A program made the position numbers and the translations under genes. Under the pieces are notes generated by a model that was given only the letters and a program-made list of their open reading frames with translations, searched no databases and was not told where the DNA came from. A stretch of DNA of 60,859 bases, counting the filler, from Basidiobolus ranarum (taxonomy: Eukaryota), in assembly GCA_040143965.1 (NCBI GenBank). It is 11 parts of 11 records of this genome, joined end to end, with 100 filler letters (N's around TTAATTAATTAA, not from the genome) between each part and the next. Parts side by side here need not be neighbours in the genome. Positions count along the whole stretch, not along the records: positions 33,297 to 38,734 come from JASJQH010008474.1; positions 38,835 to 44,270 come from JASJQH010008475.1; positions 44,371 to 49,804 come from JASJQH010008476.1; 8 more parts are not named here. One strand, written 5' to 3'. Below, piece by piece: positions 34,094-47,828 of this stretch. How positions within the stretch are numbered: the first letter of the stretch is position 1; each line of letters begins with the position of its first letter.

Positions 34094-37000
34094 TAACTAA
34101 CCGCCCACGACTAAACCTGGCTCCACAATGGACCATATCCACACACTAATCAGTGAAAACCTCATTTAAATCTTTTATGTATTGTATTGAAATTCAATTC
34201 TTTAGTTCCCTCGTTTACCTCATCATTTCCTTTTGTTTCCATATCACATTTTTAACTTCCACATTGTACAAAAGCATATCATATCCCTTTTTCTTATCGA
34301 TTTTCAATCAGCTTACGAGTTCTCATTACGCAGCAATTTTGTGATAAATAAATCTAACATGCTTGGGCAGACTCGTTGCTCAAGCGTTGGCCATCTTATC
34401 TTATCTTCTATCACTTCAGGTACATTAATCCGGGCATCGCTATGGAATTATCAAGCAATCAGATGGATACATATCTTGTCTCTAAGTGGCGTACTCTCTG
34501 TCAATCCTTGTTCTGGAATATTTCCAATAGTTGATGCCGGAAGGGTGAGAACATGGATAGCTCACTACTTGAAATGTGGCAAAGAAACAGAAGGTAGATT
34601 CGAACAATATGCAGTTATCCTGCAATATCACTACCCATTTTTACCCGTGGTGAGATGTTTCAAACTCGACGATCAAGCTAAGTATTGATATGATCCTTTG
34701 AAGTGACTTCCAGTTCCTAGGGGTAATTAAGCCAAATATAGCAGTATACGAATAATGACCTGCTTTGAACATGGTTTTTCTTGAACAGAGTGATATTAAG
34801 GTATTTCAGTCTAAAGGATAGGGAACTTGGGAGATTGCTTCATGACGCCGAATGTCTACCAAGGTGATGGATGAGGCAGCATGCTGAGTTGTGTATTAAT
34901 GATGAAAATCACTTGGATATTAGGCCAATTAGTAAACTGGCCTGACTGCCTGATATCATCTTGATGCTCTTCGTCATGAGGCTCAACAACTCAGGTTACG
35001 GACTGGGTTTTGTTCTCACAAGTGGAAGAAGTGAATGAAACTTGTAGAGAACGCTAAAACAATAGCCTCTATTCTTTATATATTGGTATAAGCCACTTGA
35101 GGCAATCCTTATACTTTATCTAGTGTAATGATTGATGTCCACCGTGAGTAATTCATCAACTGACTCTAAGCCATGGTTATTTGCGGATGATTCGATTAAA
35201 ACTGAATGAATAATTTACGGTATGTATTAGTCAACTAGCAACGTATTATCATCGAGAAACATGCTAAGCTTAAATCCGTCTTTCTTAGTGACGGTGTGCT
35301 ACGGCTTGACATAGCCACTCCATACTTAAATACTTGAAGTAAATCCCGAAATAAAGATACATACAAAATGAAGAAAGTTGGATAAAACCCTGATTCATGT
35401 AGCCGAAATGTACGCGAGGCCAGACTTTGTAGACATATATATGCCAGGACTTGTAGACTATGTGATGCCTTGCTACAGCAAAGAAACGGCTTTTCAACGA
35501 AAACGGCCAAAGGTGGACGCTAGATCCACAAAGCCTTTTGAAAGTAAATTACCACATTTAGTGTAGCTAGTCGTAGAGCAAGGCTGTTCCGTAAAGTATT
35601 AAGAGCTTTCAATTCTCTTCTAATGACGCCAGTGAAAGCCAAACATAGTCAGATTATTGCAAGTCGGTAAGATCTTTGGAAGAGGCAGCACTAAATGAGT
35701 ATTCAAAAAATTTCGGGGAAAGGCAATATGCTTGAATCCGCTCTAGTCAAAGTACAAGACATCTCTTCCTGTTTGGTTACACCATGTCCATACTTGGCAT
35801 ACACATAAGAAAAGCTTACAGAAAGGTATCGAACTGAAGATGTAACAAATGAAAGAAGTATCCCAAATGTAGAATATTCATTCATATGTTCTCCGGCCAA
35901 TCCGGGGCCACACAGGCAGCTCTGGTTGTTTTATTATGTAATGGCAATAGAGAAATATCTTTTTTTCGAGGCTAATCAACTCTGCTGATTTTCAACAGCA
36001 ATATGTACTGTATTCCTAGAGAACCGTTTGGCTATAGGAGAATGGAGCAGTGGTTATATTGCATGCGGTCTCAACCTGAAGATAACTTGTAGGGAATCAG
36101 ATCAAATCTATACATTTTAGATTTTCCGAATGTACCCAAGTAATAGTAACATATGTTATCATTCCGATATTCTGGTTTACAATGAAATGCGTTCTTTTTT
36201 TACTCCTTTTGAAGAGATTCCAATTGATGCGGGAATTTGGTTCGCATTCTTGACTTTTCTCTGATATAACATCATCTAGATCAGATCCGATGATATTTGA
36301 TTGTTATATCCAGTACCACAATTGGGTCCTGCGTATCTTTCTACTATTGGTATCTCCATATGTACAACATTATGTTGGAAAGGTAGGCTTAAGCTATAGT
36401 CTCATAGGCTCTGCTGGAGGATAGAAAAATGGAACGAAGCCAGCAATACACAAGGTTTTAGACTGTCTGTAACGAACAAGCCTTCGATATTTCAATTAGA
36501 TCTATATAACTGGTGTAAAATAGGCTTGATAGGCCGATGCCACTGAATGCTGAGTTGGTGATGAAGTTTAGTCATTAGCGTCTTAAACTTGAAATGCTAC
36601 CCCAATATGTTAGATTTATTTCACTAAAGGAGCGTATGTTACGTTAATATGTTGACATCCCATTTCCGTATCACTGCATATTTGTTACAAAAGTATCAAC
36701 AAGGAAACAGCAGAAAATCTTTGATTCTACAAATCCATTAGCATGCCTCCATGTTGAGGTCGTACAGAGCAGAATTCTTGTTCGTTATTTGTGAGTTTAT
36801 CCATCAAATGCAACCATTCAGTCTAACCCACCTTAATGGTAAACGTATTTTTACATCAATTACTGCCATAGATAATTTGCCACTAGGCTCTAGAGGGGCC
36901 CAATCAGAAGATCCGAAAGAACTAGAGAATGCATTGTACGCCTTCCTTTATTGATATCTTGAATTCCCTTAGCTTCTACTACCACTACTACGTACGTAAG

Positions 37001-38529
37001 CTTGTCTGCTAGCGAAGAACCAATAAAAGGGTGCCGAGAGCGCATGAAGCAATTACTGAGAAATAGCTTTAATACAAATATTATAGTCCTTACGTTCAAA
37101 CCCATGAATATATATATGTATGCAAAGTCCCCATGTCCATTTCGATATCAATATAGTAGTCAAGAATAAAGACAGTCTCAATCCTTCGAATTCTGTATTT
37201 TATTTCTGGCTGGTTTGGTTGGGAAAACGCTGAAACATCTCCTACATGCAACATCAGTAAGGTAACTGCTATGTAACTGTAACCAATGTGAAAACGACGA
37301 GTAACACTGCGGATCCTATATTGACTCACATTGAAACACACTATTCTGTGGTAGGTTTTTGGAGCCACGATTATGTTAGAGGTATTCTTATCTAGGCACG
37401 ACCACTGACACAAGTACCGATACCATCCACCCAAGTACCAACAAAGCCTCATTCACGACACGTTACCTGTAGCAATGTTAAAAATAGCCATGCAGAGTAT
37501 TCCATGAATTACGTATCTCATGTAAATTCAAACAGTTGTGCTACGGACTGAAGGTTGAATTCTACTTGTTGCCACTACCTACTACGGTGACCTGCAGCAT
37601 GAGAGTGCTAGACTTGCATATGTTGAACCCACTCTAATGAAAGCAAAAAATGGATGAACTCTGATAATCTGGTAGTGTTTTTGCTGCGCTCAGTGCAATA
37701 CATATACATATTAAGATGGAAAATCGACACATCGAACAAGTAAATTGAACCCAAAGAGAATTAAATGTACGGTGTTGTGATAATACACTCGAATGAGGGG
37801 CTATCAAACCTTAGACCACACGCTAAAATCCTGACTGGATAAGCTTTCAGGGAGGAAAATCAAAAGTGCTCTATTTAGTATTCCACATAATGAGACCCTC
37901 TTGGGCCTATATAATTTCCTAATTGGGGGAGTCAGGTCGCCAGCTATTCGCAGTATTTCTATGCATAGCACTAAACGGACAATTTGGTACACATGCAAAT
38001 TTACTGGTGGCAGCAGGGAATGGCTTCCAATTCCTGTCATACATGGTGTTTTATCCCTTGATTTTTTCCATCCATTGATCTTTTTTGTTCCTTGATGTTA
38101 CTGTTTCATGCTGTCCAATTGGTGTTGCCCCTTGGCGATGTCCCTTGATGGAGTCTCTTGGTGGTGTCTCTTTATGTTGTCTACTTCTGCTGTTTGCTTC
38201 TGTTGTCTCTTTGTGTTCGTCAAGGTTTTTCTTTCGAGGATTCCCTTGATCCATTCCACCCTTGATTTTTTCAACTCTTGATCTTAGCCTTTTGATTTAC
38301 AATCCCTCATCCCTTCTTTTTCCATCACCTGAAAATGTTCCTTAATGTGGCTCCATGTGCTTTCAAGCATCCCTTCTGTTTCATTATGCACTACTGCTCT
38401 GTATCCTCTTGAACTTTTCAGCGAGCCACCGAATGAAGAATATTATTTATATCGCTCAACTATTTTTCTTTCTCTCTTTAAAATTTTATCGACGCTTCAA
38501 GTTTTACCAAACACAAACAAGCCGCCATC

Positions 38530-38734
38530 ATGAAGTTCGCTACTCTCATCACCATTCTGGCTGGCATCTCTAGCGCCTACTCCATGGTTATTAAGCGTGA
38601 CACCCCTGTCAAGAAAGTCATCACCGACCTCACAGCTGCCTTTGACAAGTTGGACGCTGCTGCCATCGCCTTTGACGGCAACATCCAGCCTGTTGTCAAT
38701 GCTGCCGACTATGTCATCTCCTCGATTGGCTCCG
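38530..38734 (+). CDS. secreted HsbA / cell-wall mannoprotein-like protein, 5' partial (cut by contig end)
   Basis: Signal peptide MKFATLITILAGISSAYS, KR processing site, amphipathic helix VITDLTAAFDKLDAAAIAFDG typical of HsbA/Mp1; strongly C-ending codons. Confidence 0.65.
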
Positions 38735-41070
38735 NNNNNNNNNNNNNNNNNNNNNNNNNNNNNNNNNNNNNNNNNNNNTTAATTAATTAANNNNNNNNNN
38801 NNNNNNNNNNNNNNNNNNNNNNNNNNNNNNNNNNCCCCCCCCCCCATTGACTTGTTCTTAATGATGTAATGAAGAGTAAATGTGAACAGAAACATAACGG
38901 TATTTAGGTATAACTAGGATTTTCAGGCTAAAAAGCTATATTGTCTAAGTTGGTACAAAATCAAGTATCTATACCGATTCCTATCCTAGGGTCTTCCCCA
39001 CATCAATGCTGTAAATTGACTAACACAACAGCCTCAAAGTGGCCATCATAACCATCCCTATTGATATTCATAAGCGCACTAAAATCTTTAACATATGGAA
39101 TGCCAGCCTTCCAGTCAGCTCTTTAAGGGTCAAAAGAATATAGCTCGACACTCGTCTCTTCAATTTGATGATCTAACCTTCTCACCAATCCCGACAATTA
39201 CGTTGATTTCAACTAAACTAACATCACCTAACTCTGGACTCACTGATTGGTTCATCATGGAACATGTGTAACATGATTTGATTGAGTTCGGTCATTTTAT
39301 GTCATATTAAAATGCTAAACAAATGGCTTTTAGCGAGAGCCCAGGGTCCAATCAAACGTAGCTCTCAGATTCATCACTTTTAGATTAATCGGTTAAATGG
39401 AATATGCTCAGATTAACTCTATCCACCAATTACTCCAAAAATCCCCAATTTCCCATGTTTACCTTTACACACCTAGACCATAGCAGCAATCACTATATTT
39501 CACATCGACTATGCCCATTATGAGTTAAAAGGTTAGCAAAGACCATTGGCCACCATGGCCTCGATTGCGCGAGAGTATAAATCAATGATTTATCGATATG
39601 GATCTACCATTCAGACAGTATTGAAGCTTTGGATCGAAATCTAACTGGGCCAAGAGTAGGGTTTGCATCAGCTGAATCATCTAAGCGTAGAAATAGATTT
39701 GAATTCTACCTAAATAAAGCTTGATTTTCGTGAGGAAGACGCTTTGACGGTTCCGTTTTATTTCAATCAATCCAGTGTGTCAGGGAGCTGAATGGATAGA
39801 CACTGCCCATGTAAGTTTGGCTCATGCTCAGGGCTAGCATGCAGAGTTAACCAACAATCTTCTGAAAACCATGTTAGACCAGTCCAACATGGACTCCATG
39901 CAGATGTCAGATTTAGTAACCCAACCTTATGATTCACCCACAAACTCTTAGTATATTATGCAAATTGTACTGGTCTATTGGGTTCATTTGCTCATTGTTG
40001 ATGAGCTATATAGCACATGTCATAGATTATTGGAGAGGATGTAGGTTGCTCCCAATCGATTTGAATCAGGGTTTCTTTTTCAGCACGCATAAACTGGCGA
40101 GTTGGAACATAATATGAACGAGTCAAGAAGTATGTAGTAGTGGGTATCCAAAGACATACCATTTATACTTGACCTGGACTATAAAATATACAACTCATTC
40201 TACCAAGCGCATTGATAAACAGCATTCTTTATATTCCCTTATGAATGGACTGCATGATTACGCAATCAAAGCTAGATTCCGAAAAACAATGGAAACTGCA
40301 TAGACTTGGGCTACTTCTATTCTCTGCAACCTCTTCAACAGCCCAGTGACAGATCTGCGCGAGTTGAAAAGCGGAATCTAGCCTGATGTTGCCGATTAAG
40401 AGTAAAAAAACCACACATTGTTGCAGCTATCAGATCAAACTGTATCGCCATAAATCTAGACTGACAAATCGGAGGATGAAACCCCTGTTGTAATCGTTTA
40501 CCATATCAAGTACCAGATATTTATTAAGCTGACGGAGAGCCAGTGATGCGTGAGCTCTCAAATCAGCTCATTTGCTCTTCTAAAGAAAGTTAAGCGGCTC
40601 AGCTTGCACCTAGAGGCAATGGGCTTGGTGATACCAACGTTTGTCTAGCTTACTGCTTGTAGCGCTCCGCATAAAAGTTCCAAGACAATATCCTAAATGG
40701 TGGAAGGCTGCCCAGAAGTTCCTATCTACATCGCCCTATTTGTCCATTCTGTGACCAGACATACAGCTACCTAGTTATGGAAAAAGCTCACACAAAATAG
40801 AGTTGATGTATCACGAATGCGTGACTATATGCGGTATCACGAAATCAATGTTTTCAATCGGATTCCGACACTGGATGATAATACTATTGGATTGATTCTA
40901 GAATTTGAAGGATGCGTAAAATATATTCCCCATATTTTTCGGTTTATTAGTATATTTTTAAGGCGAATGAGAGTATTATTTGCCATGGGATTCGACAGTG
41001 ATCGGCCCGAAGCCAAATGATATATATGCGTATTGGCGTGAAAGGTAGAGTGAATCTCTTTCCTTACGTT

Positions 41071-43002
41071 ATGGCCACTCCAACTTCCAAACACTTGATG
41101 AACGAGGCTGACTCACTCGTCGCTGAGTCACTTCAAGGCCTCTGTCAAGTTTATCCACACCTTCGCTTAGACCTGAGTCATAAAGTAGTATATACTGAGG
41201 AGGCTGAGCAACTGCGTGATTCCCAAGTAACCCTCATTTGTGGTGGTGGTTCAGGCCACGAGCCTTCTCACGCTGGTTTAGTCGGCAAAGGTATGTTGAC
41301 TGCCGCTGTTGCTGGTAATGTCTTTGCTTCTCCCTCCGCTACCCAGGTTTTAAGCTGTTTACGTAACGTTGCTTCTGCCAAGCATGGAACTCTAGTGATC
41401 GTTAAAAATTACACTGGTGATATTATAAACTTTGGTAGAGCCTTGGAGAGAGCTCGTGCTGAAGGCTTAGCCGAAAAAATCGAACTACTAGTAGTAGGTG
41501 ACGATGTTGGCGTTGGGGGTGGTGAAGACTCTGCTGTAGGTAGACGTGGCTTGGCTGGTACCGTTTTGGTGCACAAATGTGCAGGTGCCGCTGCTGCTCT
41601 TGGAGAATCATTTGAGCAAGTTAAAGCAGCTGCTGAGCTTGTTGTTAAAAACGCTGGTACTATTGGTGTTGCACTTAGACCTTGTACTGTACCTGGTACC
41701 ACAAGTGAAGCACGTCAATTTAAAGGACACGAAATTGAATTGGGAATGGGTAATATAGCGTAATCGTCTTAAATAAGAGACACCGATTAATCATATCGTA
41801 TTGTAGGAATTCATGGTGAGCCAGGTTATGAAACTACTCAGCTTTCCACCTCCGCAAACTTGGTTAAAGTGATTATTGACAAGATCCTTGAATCTGGTCC
41901 CATGAAAGGCAAATTCACCAACAAAAAGGTTGTCTTATTGGTAAATAATCTTGGCGGATCAACTGCTTTGGAGATGGGTGCTGTCGCCAAGGATGCTGTT
42001 AGCTACTTAGGTAAATACTTTTAGAAGATTTCCCATCATTTCAAGAGCCAAAAACCTAACTTCTTTTGCAACATGAAAACAGAATCCAAATCTTTTGAAG
42101 TTGTTCGACTTTATTCTGGACATTTCATGACCGCTTTGGATATGCAAGGTGTTTCCCTTACCCTTCTCGCTGTTCCTTCTGAAAAAGAAAAGGATCTATT
42201 GACATGGTTGGATCATCCAGTCGAGGTAGCTGGATGGAGCAACCTTATGGGCTCTAAGAACAAACCTTGGTCCGTCAGCGAAGCCTTCATTAAGAAGGCT
42301 GCTTCTCGACCTGAACAGACTGAATCGGTTAGTACACAATCTGACGGATATCTTTCCAATACTTGGAAGCCTGCCATCATTTCTGCTTGTGAGGCAGCAA
42401 TCAAGGAAGAGCCTAAGATTACTGATTACGACACAATTTGGGGAGATGGTGATTGTGGATTGACTTTGAAGGGTGGAGCCAGTGCTATCAAGAAAGCCAT
42501 TGAAGCTAACCAAGTACCTTTTGACGATAAGAACCCAGCAGCGACTATCATGAAGTTGAGTGAAATTGTCGAACAAACTATGGGTGGTACTTCTGGTGGA
42601 TTGTACTGTATCTTCTTGGATGCTTTGGCCAATGCATTCAGAACCTCCGATTCTGATGATCTCTATGCACTCAAACAATGGGGAAGCTACTTAAACGCTG
42701 CCCTCAATAGCTTACAAAAGTATACCACCGCCCGTGTTGGTCATCGTACTCTCATGGATGTCTTGATTCCTTTTGTTGAGAAATTCGTTCAAGAAACTTC
42801 ATTCGAAGCTGCCATTAAAGAAGCTAGCTCTGCTGTGGATTCTACCATCGACATGGTCCCACGTCGTGGCCGTGCCACTTATGTAGGTCATGGTGAAGAT
42901 GAGCATCCTTATCAAGACGCCAAATACCGTGTACCTGACCCAGGTGCTTATGGTCTTTACCAATTGTTACAAGGTTTCTACAACAGCTCTCCCTCCGCTT
43001 AA
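41071..43002 (+). CDS. DAK1: dihydroxyacetone kinase (DhaK-DhaL fusion)
   Basis: Exons 41071-41749, 41807-42010, 42083-43002. Motifs GGGSGHEPSHAG, KNYTGD, GRRGLAG, GMGIHGEPG, GDGDCG, MGGTSG, GRATY, DPGA. Confidence 0.93.
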
Positions 43003-43819
43003 ACTATTTATCCACCGTACAGAACATCAATATAGTATTGAAAACGTAATAAATAACCATATTTTATGAATAATATGTAGTGTTCCACTATATTTAACTC
43101 CTAGTAGTTGTCACATTTCCTGAAATAATCGCAATCTACGCATTGAGTGAGAATTAGTGCAAGTTAGATTCATCTATGCATAGAGTTAAGCTGAGATCCA
43201 TTTAGATTTCCCACCAGAAAAAACGAATTACCAATGTATTCTATATAAAGTTGGAACTTTACATTATTGACCTTATCGGATTCTGACTTATGACAGTATG
43301 TGTGGTATTTTATCTTGGACAGATAATATTTTCTATCAATACTGTGAAATATCTAGAGGAAACTGGAATTTCAAGAAGGATTTTGTCATTTCATTGTTGG
43401 AGTTTCTGCTCCTGGTGGTTAAGTGAACTCACTTTTGTGCTCCCATAATTGAAGTGACTGTTGAGCGTTGTTGCATAGCTGAATAGTAAATGGTGTGAGA
43501 AAATCAAGAATTGGAAATAATTAGCTTTTTGTACTAGTACTACTTCCTGATTATTTTGCTAATCAAATGATTTGCATGATATGAGAAATAAATCAGGTGA
43601 ATTTCTAGGTTATTCAGGACATTGGGAGTAAGTTAAACTTGAAATTTTATCTTTTCTGAGCTATTTCAAATACCATTTTCATTTAATTGAATCGGCTTCC
43701 AGAGCATTCTATCGAAATTCTTTTCATTCTAATGATCTGATTTTGCTACTTACCGTTGTCAGGTTTTGGGACAATGTGTAGATTTCGCTTACCACTCTGT
43801 TGCCATGAAAAACCTTCAA

Positions 43820-44270
43820 TAGAACTTTCAATAACAGAAGCGGAATACATGGCTGCTTGTGAAGCCGCAAAAGAAGCAATACGGCTAAGAATGTTAAAGT
43901 ATTTTGGGAGCCTGTTGGAGATGGTTTGGTAAAATCAAGAAATTGGTGGTTTTCACTTTTTAATTTATTGAGTATTCAGTTGACATTTATAGTTTTGTCA
44001 AAATGGGATATTCATCTATAAATTGTAGAATTATCAATGGATGTTCTTTCCTTTACTCTCTCTCTCTGTCTGATTTCCCTTACCCATACTCTGATCCTTT
44101 TTTTACTCTACCCCTGGGTTATTCATCTATAAACTGCAGGATTATGGATGGATGTTCCTTCCCTTACTCTGTTAAAGTATTTGGGAGCCTGTTGGAAGTG
44201 GTTTGGAGAATTAGAGGAATTGGTGGTTTTCACTTATTGATTTATTGAGTAGAAAGTTGACATTTATAGT
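43820..44270. mobile_element. Copia RNase H scrap with two partial LTR-A copies (43892.., 44169..)
   Basis: LSITEAEYMAACEAAKEAI followed by TGTTAAAGTATT(T)GGGAGCCTGTTGGA twice. Confidence 0.75.
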
Positions 44271-44370
44271 NNNNNNNNNNNNNNNNNNNNNNNNNNNNNN
44301 NNNNNNNNNNNNNNTTAATTAATTAANNNNNNNNNNNNNNNNNNNNNNNNNNNNNNNNNNNNNNNNNNNN

Positions 44371-44877
44371 CTTGTGATAAACTTGATCATAAAAGACTAG
44401 GACCTTTTAAGATTATTAAGCAAATCAATTCAGTAGCCTTCCACCTTGAACTCCCAGCCCATTTCAAAGTCCACAATGTATTCCATGTGTCTCTCCTAGA
44501 GCCACATGCCAGAAACACCTTCCAGGGCTGATCCATTGACCCACCCCCAGCAATCCAAGTGGAAGAATACCCTGAATATGAAGTTAGCAAAATTCTTGAT
44601 TCCAGAACTTATTAACATAAATTGCAACATTTAGTGGACTGAATGGGATACTTAACCAATGATCAATCATGGGAGCCAGCAGCAAATCTTTCCAATTCCA
44701 AAGAACTTTGCCAGGAGTTTCACAAACCTACCTAAAAAAACTTAGTAAATAAAGATTCTTGCCAAAGTATCTTCCTTGTCCAGTCTTGTCTTGTCTTGTG
44801 GTCTACACACAAGCACTCTCCTGCCCTCCAGCCTCTGATTGTTGCTTCCAGTCCTTGTCCAGTTCCTTATTGTGACA
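44371..44877 (+). mobile_element. Ty3/Gypsy chromovirus 3' remnant (integrase C-terminus + chromodomain, partial LTR)
   Basis: [12 protein letters not shown]...AFHLELP...[11 protein letters not shown], then EYEVSKILDSR...SWEPAANL with stops; ends TGTGACA. Confidence 0.85.
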
Positions 44878-44879
44878 AA

Positions 44880-46170
44880 TCTTGCCTTTTCCATTTTTGA
44901 TCTGTTTTAATGTTCAATTCTGATTCTACAGCCATTTTAATCAGAATTAAAGCTATATCTCTCAGAAGTAGCTTTACTCACTAAAACAAATTCTTTGCTA
45001 TCCCAGGCACATATAGCATGTGTTTTGGTATCATATAAATGTCCCTGGAGATGCCCCTAAGAGCCACTTCAATTTCTCCCACTCCCAGAGCTTCTAGTGG
45101 CCAGTCATCTCCTATAGAAACCTTCTTGTTTATGTCAGTTTTGAGAGTCTCAAACCAGTTTTTCTGATTGTTGAAATGTTGAGAGGTTCAAGAAATAGTA
45201 TACCACATGGTACATTTTAGTTCAGAGGTCACTGACAGGGCCGATATGAATAAAACTTCCTCTTTGGATGAAACCTGATTTGCTTGTTCTGACTTATCAT
45301 TTTTGTTGGAATTTCTTTATTTGCAATGTTTTGACCAGTGTCCTGGTTTGTTACAACCTTGGTATAAACCTGGTTTCCTTCTTCTGAAATCTTTGTACTT
45401 GCCTAAGCTACATTTTCCAGCTTCAAGAAGTGCCACTTGCTCAGATTCTTTTTCCAAATTCTTACTTCTGAGATGTTGCTCCATTAGTCTTGCCACCACA
45501 TACTCCTAAGATAACATGTCAGATCTTGCTTCCATAGCTGTGCCCAAGTTTGAATACTGTTCTGCTAGACTACTAAGAATCATAATCATATCTTCTTCCT
45601 GTAAAGTTGTACAAATATATTCCAGTTGTTTTGCCAAATATCTGACATTTCCAATATGAGTAGCAATGCTTTCAGAATTTCCAACTGTACATTGAAGAAT
45701 TTTAATCTGAGAAAGAGTGTATCAGCAAGACTCTTTGCTTTGTAACATTCTTCCAATATAGTCCAAGCTTGATGGGAAGTCTTTGCATTTGAATATTCAC
45801 AAGTTGTGAATCCTTTAAACTTTGACAAATGGCATTAAAGGCCTTCTTGTCTCTTTTCTTGTAAGTTTCCAACAAAGAAGGGTCAGAAGGTTCCTTTTCA
45901 CTTCCAGAGACTATATCCCAAAGCTCCCTGTCTTCCAGCATGATTTGCATCTTGAATTTCCAGAAATTGTAATTTTGTCCATCAAGCTTTTCAACACTTG
46001 AGTTAATGAAAGTGGTAGTCATGGTTTCTGTCTTGTTGTAAAGGTTAAAACACAGGGCTCATAACCTATTGGGAAAATATGGGCTGTTTGGAGGAACTGC
46101 ATAAAGAGGAGTTGCGAATAGCTTTGGGAGATATTTATTTAGTTTCCAGAAATTGAGCTTTTGTGTTTGA
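44880..46170 (-). mobile_element. Copia 5' remnant: LTR-B end, PBS, gag (Zn knuckle), protease
   Basis: gag starts 46022 (VEKLDGQNYNFWKFKM...LWDIV), knuckle CNKPGHWSKHC, protease region ending near NLF(S)V; LTR-B boundary at 46067. Confidence 0.85.
46054..46066 (-). promoter_or_regulatory. primer-binding site GGTTATGAGCCCT (half-tRNA-iMet type)
   Basis: Abuts the LTR-B end; same sequence class as the Ty5 and Drosophila copia PBS, complementary to the iMet anticodon region. Confidence 0.8.
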
Positions 46171-46599
46171 AACTTAAGATTCATCAGCATCAGGCACTAT
46201 TGCAGATCTGTGCAACATTTGAGGAGAAATCATTGGCTGGTTTAATTGTTAGAACTAATTTTGCAAACATATAAAGGTCCCAAGTTCTTGTGTTTGAATA
46301 TATGCTAGTGTTCATTTTTATGTTGGTAATTTTGAAATGGTAGTAGCTCCACCAATAATTGATTAAATCTTTTGATTCTTGTACGTTTACAGAGCTCTAA
46401 TTCCAGAGTTTATGATCGCTATTAAAGTTACTGTAATCAGCCAAGTATTGAAGAGGCTACGAGTGATTGGATATTCTTGTTCTTTTTCTGGTTCTGTACT
46501 AATGTTATCAGATAGCAATAAATAATATTCTTCCTACTTATTATGTGCAAGATATTTTTGGAATATGTCCATGACTACACCTTCTATTCTCATATGGGA

Positions 46600-47828
46600 T
46601 TGTGATCAATCTCACACCATACATATGAACATCACCATGCCAATCTAGCAGAGCAGACTATGTGTTAGACAATAATGCCTACACAACAACCTTAAATTGC
46701 TTGGGCACATGAAAGAGGAAATCTCATGGAAATACCAGCAAACCAAAAGACTCTGAATGTCAGAGCTGCCATCACTTGCTCTGATGATGAGTGGTTTAAC
46801 ATTGTGAAAACTCTGTGGAATCTTGCCTAAAATCACCTTCATATGTGCCAATTATGGCAAAACCAAAACCCAGGCATTACTCGGAGGGTTAGAGACTTAT
46901 TTCATATGGCTTATCCTGGGTTTTTGCAAGCAAGTGGCAATTAGGCTAGTATAGGCCTATTCATGACACATCTCAAACACATACACAATTATCAACTTGG
47001 AAAAGAAACAAAAGCAGCTAAAGAAGTACTTAAAGAGTAGGAAGTTAATAAATCATAAGGAAAAGCAAAGGAGCCAGTGAGTTTAAGCTCTACTGTCCCA
47101 TTTACCAAATTCATCACATCATCACTAATATCTATATATCCAGAGTCAGAAATACTAGCAAAAAAGCTTAATTTCACCAATGAACTAGGTACACCAGTTG
47201 GGAGAGTGCTAAATTTGGAAGTTTAGCCAACACCTGCACCTTTCAGCAAGCCAACACAACCATAAATAAAACTCATGGCTCTCCTACCTCAGCAGATACT
47301 CTTTAAAGTGTTGAAGTTAGCCCAAAACTGAAGGCAAGCAAAAAGCCACACAAGCATCACAAAGCATCTGCAGCAGTGTCATACTACAAGGATATAAAAA
47401 ATAGTAAGAGTGCTTGAGGAGGATTTTAAACGTATGAAGGGAAAAGCGCAGTCAAGTGTGCAGAAAGTGGCTTCAAACTTGTGTTGGAAATCAGTTAAAA
47501 CTTGGGCATGAAGAACTCTATAAAAATATTCAGGAGAATATATCAAACAAACTATGGATTTCAAGGTGACAAATTAGCATTAAGTAGTAAATGTGTAATA
47601 TTTGAGTTACGCTTTTTGCACATGCATTGATCCATAGTTCTCCAAGATTGTAGCCAATCATGTGCAACTATTTTACCAGATTTTGAAATATCACTCCTTC
47701 AACTGAAAAAAATAATTAAAATCAACTCTAACTTGACAATTTTATGATTGCAAGTAAACAGTCAATCCAAAATGCATTAAAGTTGTGATAGTTTTCCTAT
47801 GGTAACAATACTCAGATTTCTGTTAGGG
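46600..47828 (+). mobile_element. CMC/CACTA element right half (ORF2 remnant + terminus)
   Basis: Homologous to ~30770-32177; ends CAGATTTCTGTTAGGG at 47828. Start coordinate approximate. Confidence 0.8.

Noticed and set aside
35235-35566. Coding-like broken frames (…SDGVLRLDI…, …YARPDFVDIY…)
   Set aside because: May be a gene relic, but I cannot assign a family.
44005-44168. Imperfect ~55-bp duplication between two LTR-A fragments
   Set aside because: Within TE debris; no interpretable function.
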